Source of the DNA: Lama guanicoe
Taxonomy: Eukaryota
Assembly: GCA_013239625.1 (NCBI GenBank)
Contig: MU053881.1
Location: forward strand, 1,240,001 to 1,304,000
Length of the DNA: 64,000 bases
Reading direction: 5' to 3'
The notes beneath the pieces were generated by a model, which saw nothing but the letters and a program-made list of their open reading frames with translations, ran no database searches and had not been told where the DNA came from. This document shows positions 55,201 through 64,000 of this stretch, one piece after another. The position numbers were made by a program, and so were the translations under genes. The first letter of the stretch is position 1, and each line of letters starts with the position of its first letter.

Positions 55201-56447
55201 TACAATGAGGTATCACCTCACACCAGTCAGAGTGGCCATCATTAAAAAGTCCACAAACGATAAATGCTGGAGAGGGTGTGGAGAAAAGGGAACCCTGCTA
55301 CACTATTAGTGGGAATGTAGTTTGGTGCAGCCGTTGTGGAAAACAGTATGGGGATTCCTCAAAAGACTAAAAATAGACTTACCATATGATCCAGCAGTCC
55401 CCCTCATGGGCATACATCAGGAGGGAACCTTAATTGAAAAAGATATGTGCACCCCAGTGTTCATAGTAGCACTATTTACAATAGCCAAGACATGGAAACA
55501 ACCTAAAAGTCCATCAACAGATGACTGGATAAAGAAGTTGTGGCATATTTATACAATGGAATACTACTCAGCCATAAAAAAGAATAAAATAATGCCATTT
55601 GCAGCAACATGGATGGACCTGGAGATTGTCATTCTAAGTGGAGTAAGCCAGAAAGAGAAAGAAAAAACTATATATCACTTATATGTGGAATCTAAATTTT
55701 AAAAAAAGGCAAACGAACTTATTTACAAAATAGAAACAGACTCATAGACATAGAAAACAAACTTATGGTTACCAAAGGGGAAAAGGCGGGGAGGGATAAA
55801 TTAGGGGTTTTACTATACATAAAGTAAACAATAAGAACCTACTTATACAGGGAACTCTATTCAATTCTGTGTAATAATATATAATGGAAAATGGAAAGGA
55901 ATCTGAAAAGAAAATAAGAGCAAAAGAAGACGTGAAATATATATATATACCAATATACAAGGGGTTATTACTCAGCCAAAAAAAAAAGAATGAAATAATG
56001 CCACTTACAGCAACATGGATGGACCTAGACAAAGACAAGTATATGATATCACTTATATGTGGAATCTAAAAAAAGTGAAACATGAACTTATTTACAAACT
56101 AGAAATAGACTCACAGACATAGAAAACAAACTATGGTTACCAAAGGGGAAAGGGTTGGGGGGAGGGATAAATTAGGAGTTTGGGATTAACATATACACAC
56201 TATGATATATAAAATATATATGTAATGTAAAACAACAAGGACCCACTGTATAGCACAGGGAACTATATTCAATATCTTGTAATAACATAAAGGAAAAGAA
56301 TCTGAAAAAGAATATATATATATATATGTGTATGTGTGTATATATATATATATATATACACACATATATATATTACTGAATCACTGTTGTACACCTGAAA
56401 CTAACACAACATTGTAAATCAACTATGCTTCAATAAAAATTTTTTAA
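55201..56447 (+). mobile_element. 5'-truncated L1 with two tandem 3' ends
   Basis: ORF2 C-terminus (VQPLWKTVW...YTMEYYSAIKKN...). 3' region repeated at about 55560-55930 and 55965-56330. TSD AAAACTGATATC (55189-55200) and AAACCTGATATC (56448-56459). Confidence 0.88.
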
Positions 56448-58189
56448 AAACCTGATATCAAACTCAGTTCAGTTATTTGATGCTGTTAAGAACTTCTATC
56501 CTGAGCAGAGACTCTCTGTTCTCATTACGTGCTGTGTTCGCCATTGTTCGGCTGAGTCCCTGAGCTGTGACACAGCCTTGTATCTTCAGATGACGGCAGC
56601 TGGAAGCACACTGCTCGCTCTTCCACCAGTGGACTTCAGGGGCCCACGCTGCATGTCATCCCCACGGTTCCCATCCTTACGTCATTACCTTTGATGTTTT
56701 CCTTATGTGAAGTTTAAGACTACTTGTCTAGTAACATAGCAGCCTGTATTCTGTAATCGGGACTGCATGTCATTATACCTATACCAATTAATAACATTAA
56801 TTGAAATCCAAACCTAATCGTGTTCTACAAGATTAAGATTATTGGCTAGGTTTAAGGCGGGCATATTTAGAAACATTTACATATGATTCGGTTCTAACGA
56901 GTCATCCACACTTAATGCTCTTCTCATTTATGTTATTGATAACATTACATTCATACTTTTCATTTCTCAGTTTAGCAGTACATCAGCTCAAGAAATACGA
57001 CTTAGTGGTGCAGCTCTCAGCAAACCATTCTGGTCTTTAATCACTTCTAATAATCCTATGGTGGCAGCACTTCACTCTTAGCCACTTTTGTTTGATACAA
57101 GAGTGATATTTTAAAGAAGACAAATTCACAGGAGTCTTCTAAGAGCACCCCTCCATTAACAAACACTGAGTAGCAACAAATTGTGGCATGTTGTCTCTTG
57201 CTACCATAGAATATATTTTGTAAAGATTTCATTGTACCCTTTACAGATTTCCTCCTGTGCTCACTAGCACCTGGGTACCTAAAGCAGTGTGTCCGTCAGC
57301 TGTGTGATTTTGTGCAAGAGGTGATTCTGTGGTTCTCTGTGTTAAAGGCTTCCAGACACCAGGTAGCAGTGACCCACACAGAAGGACAAATCAGAGGAGT
57401 AGTCTTTAAACTGAAGTGAGCTTTTTCTGTCCCAAGAGGGAAGGGTCAAAAATCATGATTAATAGACATACCCATGCAACTTAACATATGGAAAAGTTTA
57501 GATTTTATATCTTATATCCAGGAGCATATAGCTGAGATTATATGGGTGTAACTTTTGGGCCATCATTCTCCTGACAACGTGTCCAGGAGTATCTTCTGGT
57601 CCAGCAGCCAAAAATCTCACCTGGCTTCACACTGTTACAATGTTTCATTCTGTTTGGAATAGATCCAAGGAGCACAGTGTGCCAGCTGGTCTATGTCTGA
57701 CTTTTCCCTCCAGTGAAAGTGATCTTTGGGGAAGTCATACAGCTGTTCAGCAGCTGTTTGCTCTGAAGTTTCAGGTGATTGCTCAAGTACATGGAAGCAA
57801 GACTCATGATGGCTTTGAAGCCCTAGGTCCTGTGAGATCCAGTGTATCTTGTAACAGCCTATGAGCATAGCTTGGTTTCCAGGCTTCCTGCAAGGGACTT
57901 GCCCAGGCTAAATACAGTTTACCAACCAGGAGTCACTTTTATCTTAAGCAATGTTGCCTAGTGATGCAGCTGATGAATCTTTTTAGCAGGTTACCAAGGC
58001 AACCAGAACCATAAATAAGATTGCTCAGGAACACAGTTGGCATACTTTCTTGGTTGGTTACCAAGGGAACAGAGCTAGAATGCTAATCCAAGGTTTAATT
58101 GTTTCATAGAGAAAGAGGAAGGATTTTGTTAGCTCATTATCTATCATCCATCCCCTTGCTCTTCGGTTAATTTGTTTTTTTAAAAAAAA

Positions 58190-58310
58190 TTAAACTGTAT
58201 TTTGAGATAATTATTGATTCACATGCAGTTGTAAGAAACACACAGAGGTCCTGCATATACTTTACCCAGTTTTCCCAGTGTCAGCATCTTGCAAAACTGT
58301 GGTACAATAA
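58190..58310 (-). mobile_element. Old L1M 3' UTR fragment interrupting the ADAMTS-like relic
   Basis: GATTCACATGCAGTTGTAAGAAA...CTTTACCCAGTTTTCCC motif. Confidence 0.6.
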
Positions 58311-58659
58311 TGTGCTTGTTAGCTTTTTAACGCAGGAAAGAAGACAAGTTAGCGTATACCTGATCACCAGGACTTACAATGTAAAATGGGCCGTTAACAA
58401 CCAATTTATTTATTAAATAAGTAGGCGATTTTTTTATCAAAATAATTTTTTAGTATCCATGGTATTTTTATAGGCAATTTTCTACCAAATATAACAATAT
58501 CTAATACATCAAACATACGGTTAATTGACAGAGTTAACAGTATCACTTTCATCCCCTCAGCAAGTGTCTCTTTTAAGTATCTCAAACCTAACATGTTTTA
58601 AGTTGCATATTTTATCTTCCCTCCCAAAACAGTTTAACCAATATTTTTGGTTATTTTTA

Positions 58660-58838
58660 TTATTTTTTAGATCAGTGTTAGGTTCCCAGCAAAATTGAGC
58701 AGAGAATACAGAGCGCTCCCGTATACCTCCTACCCGCACCCCCCCAGCATCCCCCCATATTAACATCTGGAACCAAAATGGTACATTTGTTACAACTGAT
58801 GAAGCCACACTGACACACCGGTATTACCCGAAGTCCAG
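58660..58838 (-). mobile_element. L1MC-like 3' UTR fragment interrupting the ADAMTS-like relic
   Basis: CAGCAAAATTGAGCAGA...GGTACATTTGTTACAACTGATGAAG motif. Confidence 0.7.
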
Positions 58839-59940
58839 TTCACAACAGAATTGGTGGAATCATTTTTGGTAGGGTCCCACAAAAATTTCAGGTTCTCCTT
58901 AATTTCTCTCTTCCTTCTCAGACACCACATTGATCCATTAATACATTTTGGACTTTTCCAAACCTCACAGCACAAACCTACCTCTGTCAGAAAAGAACAA
59001 AATTAATACTTTCCGATTTGAATTGTTAGAATACCCCGTCCACATTTTTATAGCCTCTGGAATAGCCTGTTTAATCGTCACTTTAGGAAAGCTTTCTTTT
59101 TCTTAGCCTGCATCCCCAGCATTTTCCCCTAGATGCCGGCACAGGTCGTTGGTCAGTTTCCAGTGTAGGTTGAAGTTCGCTCTGAGCTTGTGCAGCCTCC
59201 AGCCAGCTTTGTCAGAGTTCGCGGTGGGCTGCTCAGGTTTCCCCTGCGTACAGGCTCAGCTTCCTTCTCAAAGGTTTCTACCTGTGATATCAGGGTCACA
59301 GGAGCGGCTGTCGGTATTTCGTGGCTGCCCTGTGAGCCAGGCCGTTTTGCAGTTCCATCCGGCCCCGTGTGTAGCCAGCAGACCATCTGCTCTTACCCCC
59401 TTGCGTGCCCTGCAGTGGAGTGTTCTTGGACGCTTTGCTGAGTGGACTGGCGGTCAGAGGGAACCCAGCAGTTTCACATACAGTGTCACACATGGTGGCC
59501 ATAGGCCCATCTGCCCTCCTTCTTCCTTTGTACCTATGCCTGGTCCCCGGGCTAGCATATTTCAAGGTGTAGTTCCCAGGTGCAGCTCCACGGTGCTTTC
59601 AAGTGGGGACAAGTGTGACTGGGACCACTCTGTGGTCCCATCCCTTTCAATAAAGTCAAAAATGTGGGGCCATCCGGGTTCACTGCCCACCCCCGACTCT
59701 TGCAGTCCCACCTGTGGTGTCATCTCTGTCAGTCTCTGTGGTGGATTAGAACAGGTCCGCTTCAATGGGAGTCTTTCTCTTGGCATAGATTTGGCCTCAT
59801 TCCAAATCTTGTTAATTTTTTTCATTAGATTTAACTCTGGCTTTTGTCCCAGAAAATGTCTAAGACAATGAATAGTTACCAAGTCATCATTTTGCTTTCT
59901 TGGATGTGTAGTTGAAATTAGTGTCATTTGTTGATACGGC

Positions 59941-60135
59941 TTTTTTTTTGCTTTAATTTTTAATTACTTTTTTATTGAAGTATAGTCAGTTTACAATGTT
60001 GTGTCAGTTTCTGGTGTACAACATAATGTTTCAGTCATATATATACATACATATATTCCTTTTTACATTCTTTTTCATTATAAATTACTATACATATTGA
60101 ATATAATTCTCTGTGCTCTACAGTATAATGTTATC
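59941..60135 (-). mobile_element. Short L1 3'-end insertion
   Basis: TTTATTGAAGTATAGTCAGTTTACAATGTTGTGTCA, the same terminus as the adjacent young L1. Confidence 0.8.
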
Positions 60136-60239
60136 TATCTAAGTTTAAATTAATGTGAGTTCATGCTGACATCTCTGATTTTAATTTAGCACTGTAGTGT
60201 TCTAGCCTTCCTTCAATTTCTGTTTATTTATAACTTCTT

Positions 60240-63201
60240 AATTTTTTTATCTTTACTAAGAAGTTTGCTATTTTTATTTTATTTTTATTTTTTAAACTTT
60301 TTTATTGAGTTATAGTCAGTTTACAATATTGTGTCAATGTTTCCAGTGTAGAGCACAATTTTTCAGTTATACATGAAGATACATATAGTCATTGTCACAT
60401 TTTTTTTCTCTGTGAGCTACCACAAGATCTTGTATATATTTCCCTGTGCTATACAGTATAATCTTATTTATCTATTCTACATATGCCTGTCAGTATCTGC
60501 AAATTTTGAACTCCCAGTCTATCCCTTCCCCCCCTCCTCCCCCTTGGCAACTGCAAGTTTGTATTCTATGTCTATGAGTCTGTTTCTGTTTTGTATTTAT
60601 GCTCTTTTTTTTTTTTGTAGATTCCATATATGAGCGATCTCATATGGTATTTTTCTTTCTCTTTCTGGCTTACTTCAGTTAGAATGACATTCTCCGGGAG
60701 CATCCATGTTGCTGCAAATGGCGTTATGTTGTCAGTTTTTATGGCTGAATAGTATTCCATTGTATAAATATACCACCTCTTCTTTATCCACTCATCTGTT
60801 GATGGACATTTAGGCTGTTTCCATGTCTTGGCTATTGTAAATAGTGCTGCTATGAACATTGGGGTGCAGGTGTCTTTTTAAATCCAGGAGCATGGGATAT
60901 CTTTCCATTTTTTAAAGTCTTATTTAATTTCCTTCATCAGAGATTTATAGTTTTCCGTGTATAAGTCTTTCACCTCCTTGGTTAGATTTATTCCTAGGTA
61001 TTTTATTACTTTGGGTACTATTTTAAAGGGGATTGTCTCTTTACTTTCTTTTTCTGTTGATTCATCATTAGTGTAAAGAAATGCAACTGATTTTTGATCG
61101 TTAATTTTGTAACCTGCTACCTTGCTGAATTCTTCAATTATTTCTAGTAGTTTTTGTGTGGACCTTTTAGGGTTTCCTATATATAGTATCATGTCATCTG
61201 CATATAGTGACACTTTTACCTCTTTTTTTCCAATTTGGATCCCTTTTATTTCTCTCTCTTGCCTGGTTGCTGTGGCTAGGACTTCCAAGACTATGTTGAA
61301 TAGGAGTGGTGATAGTGGGCAGCTTTGTCTTGTCCCAGATTTTAGTGGGAAGCTTTTGAGTTTTTCACCATTGAGTACTATGCTGGCTGTAGGTTTGTGA
61401 TATATAGCTTTTATTATGTTGAGGTATGTTCCCTCTATGCCCACTTTGGTGACAGTTTTTATCATAAATGGGTGTTGAATTTTATCAAATGCTTTTTCTG
61501 CATCTATTGAGATGATCATGTGGTTTTTGTCCTTTCTCTTGTTGATGTGGTGTATTACATTGATTGATTTGCGTATGTTGAACCACCCTTGTGTCCCTGG
61601 GATGAACCCCACTTGGTCATGATGTATAATCTTTTTTATGTGCTGTTGGATTATGTTTGCTAATACTTTGGTAAGGATTTTTGCATCTATGTTCATCAGT
61701 GATACTGGCCTATAATTCTCTTTTTGGGTGGTGTCTTTGCCTGGTTTTGGTATCAGGGTGACGGTGACTTCATAGAATGAGTTTGGGAGTATTCCCTCCT
61801 TTTCAATCTTCTGGAAGAGCTTGAGAAGGACTGGTATGAGTTCTTTGTATGTTTGGTAGAATTCCCTGGTGAAGCCGTCCAGTCCTGAACTTTTATATGT
61901 AGGGAAATTTTTTATTGCTAATTCGATTTCTTTTCCAGTGATCTGTTTGGTCAAGTGGTCAGTTTCTTCTTGATTCAATCTTGGTGGACTGTATATTTCC
62001 AGAAACTTGTCCATCTCCTCTAGGTTACCCATTTTGGTTCCATACAGATTTTCATAATATTCTCGTATGATATTCTGTATTTCTATGTTATTTGTTGTAA
62101 TTTCTCCATTTTCCTTTCTTATTTTGCTTATTTGTGCTCTCTCTTTTTTCTTCTTTGTGAGTTCGGCCAGAAGCTTGTCAATTTTATTTACTCTTTCAAA
62201 AACCAGCTTTTGGTTTGATTGATTTTTTCTATTTTTTTAAATCTCTATTTTATTTATTTCTTCTCTGATCCTTATTATTTCCTTCCTTCTGCTGACTTTT
62301 GGGGTTTTTTTTTTTTTTTTTTTTTTTTTTTCTTTTTTTGTTTTTTTTTTTTTTTTTGCTCTTCTTTTTCTAATTCTTTTAGCTGGTGGGTTAGATTGTT
62401 TATATGAGATTGTTCTTCTTTTTTGAGGAAGGCCTGTATCACTATAAACTTCCCTCTTAGCACTGCCTTTGCTGCTATCCCATAAATTTTGTGTGATTGT
62501 GTTTTCATTTTCATTTCTCTCAAGGTATTTTTTAAATTTTGACTTTGATTTCATCATTTATCCATTGATTTTTTTTTAATAGCATGTTGTTTAATCTCCA
62601 TGCTTTCCTTTATTTCTCCTTTGTTTCTCTGTAGTTGATTTCTAGTTTCATGGCATTGTGGTCAGTAAAGATGCATGAGATAATTTCTATCTTCTTAAAA
62701 TTGTTGAGATTTCTTTTGTGCCCATGTACATGATCAATCCTAGGAAACGTTCCATGTGCACTTGAAAAGAATGTATATCCTATTTTTTGGTGGTGTAATG
62801 CTCTGAAAATATCCACCAAATCTAATTTTTCTATTGTATCATTTAATTTCTCTGTTGCCTTATTTATTTTCTGTCTGGAAGATTTGTCTAGTGATGTTAG
62901 TGCGGTGTTAAAATCTCTGACAATGATTGTATTCCCATCCATTTCCCCCTTTATCTCTGTTAGTAACTGTTTTATGTACTTAGGTGCTTCTATATTGGGT
63001 GCTTATATATTAAGGAGTATGATATCCTCATCTTCTATTGCTCCTTTAATCATTATAAAATGTCCTTCTTAATCTTTCTTTATGGACTTTGTTTTAAAGT
63101 CTATTTTGTCTGAAATCAGTACTGCTACACCTGCTTTTTTGGCTTTTCCATTTGCATGGAATATCCTTTTCCATCCTTTCACTCTTAATCTATATGTATC
63201 C
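60240..63201 (-). mobile_element. Young 5'-truncated L1 (partial endonuclease, RT, 3' UTR) with an internal deletion and a 17-bp TSD
   Basis: 370-aa RT ORF at 60920-62032 with YADD; endonuclease ORF at 62610-62942; TSD TTTATTTATAACTTCTT at 60223-60239 and 63202-63218. Confidence 0.95.
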
Positions 63202-63571
63202 TTTATTTATAACTTCTTTATTTGACAGTGAGAAATCTTATTTCCATTATCTATAATTAATTTACTTATTGTTCAAGCCTAATATACATGTAAAGTAGTT
63301 TCAGAATTACTAACCTATCACCTTGTAAGAAACAAATTTACCAATTGCAGTTCAGTGATAATGTACAATTCCTTTGTCTTTAACCTTTTAATACTCAGTT
63401 AAAATACTGTTTTCCAAAGTTACTTAGGACAGCTCTTTTTCCCAGTCCTCTTCAGTGAGGTTACATCATATATTTGTAAAGCACTTAGATTCAATTGTCA
63501 GAGTCTGCATTTTGTCCTGGAATCCTTTGTCTTCCTGATTATTTTAGAAAAATACAGTTGCATGTATGAGT

Positions 63572-63960
63572 GCATTTGTTTGCCAGGGCCACCATAACAA
63601 ATATTGCAGACGAGGTGACCCAAACAAGAGAAATTTATTTTATCACAGTTCTGGAGGTTAGAAGTCCATGATCAAGGTGTCAGCAGGGTTGGTTCCTTTC
63701 TGAGGCCTCTCTCCTTGGCTTGTAAATGGCCATATTCTCCTTTTGTTTTCACATGGCCTTTCCTCTGTGCATGCACTTATCTGTGTCCTAATCCTTTCTT
63801 ATAAGGACACCAGGCATATTTTATTAGGGCCCACCTATATGTCCTCATTTTACCTTAATTACCTCTGTAAAGCCCTTATGTCCAGATACACTCACATTCT
63901 GAGGTACTGGGGTTATGACTTTCAACATACGAATTTGGAGTGTGGGTACAGTTCAGCCCA
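63572..63960 (-). mobile_element. MLT1A-like MaLR solo LTR
   Basis: CACAGTTCTGGAGGTTAGAAGTCC...ATCAAGGTGTCAGCAGGGTTGG...CACATTCTGAGGTACTGGGG. Confidence 0.8.
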
Positions 63961-64000
63961 GTCAGGCTCACTACTGGGGTTGTATATTCTGTAGGTTTTT

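Larger units (their letters stand above)
57055..59930 (-). pseudogene. Decayed, apparently intronless ADAMTS-family metalloprotease gene; N-terminal part not found in the window
   Basis: Ordered relics: HCLRHFLGQKPE (HExxHxxGxxHD spacing, 59870-59835), MTPQV Met-turn (59723), MCDTVCET and PLQGTQGGKSRW (disintegrin-like, 59493-59383), WLTGQPRNTDSRSC (TSP1, 59339-59298), HWKLTNDLCRHL..ESFPKVT and MDQCGV*EG (Cys-rich, 59171-58912), spacer-like ORF 58594-58406, TSP1 relics CKSW*SGIR (58378) and CPSVWVTATW..HRITSC (57388), PLAC-like CEFV/LKYHSCIKQKWLRVKCC (57130-57064). Confidence 0.78.

Noticed and set aside
59149..59871. 240-aa plus-strand ORF
   Set aside because: Non-ATG start, no domain, and antisense to the ADAMTS-like relic.
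53100..59930. Vomeronasal type-2 receptor pseudogene or ERV env, considered for this unique region
   Set aside because: No convincing V2R or env motifs; the ADAMTS domain order explains 57-59.9 kb better.
62237..62557. Poly-lysine ORFs as a novel basic protein
   Set aside because: L1 ORF2 sequence read through an expanded A-tract.

Overview
Mammalian genomic DNA, probably camelid (three tRNA-derived SINEs resemble the camelid Vic-1 family). It holds a tandem, all minus-strand zinc-finger cluster. ZNF354B is complete (KRAB-A, KRAB-B and zinc-finger exons, 595 aa). ZFP2 has a 13-finger coding exon and upstream exons. Only the promoter and first coding exon of ZNF454 are present. Each gene starts in a CpG island with ZNF143/SBS motifs. 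Most of the remaining sequence is L1, L2, LTR and DNA-transposon material, plus a full-length U2 snRNA retrocopy. Manual translation suggests three fossil structures that the ORF track does not show: (1) an apparently intronless, decayed ADAMTS-type metalloprotease gene at about 57.05-59.93 kb (-), with zinc motif, Met-turn, disintegrin-like, TSP1, Cys-rich, spacer, further TSP1 and PLAC relics in the correct order; (2) fossil KRAB-A and KRAB-B exons inside ZFP2, still in phase with its leader and finger exons; (3) a probable TRIM pseudogene at about 28.2-29.3 kb (+). Gene and repeat names come from remembered sequences, not database searches.
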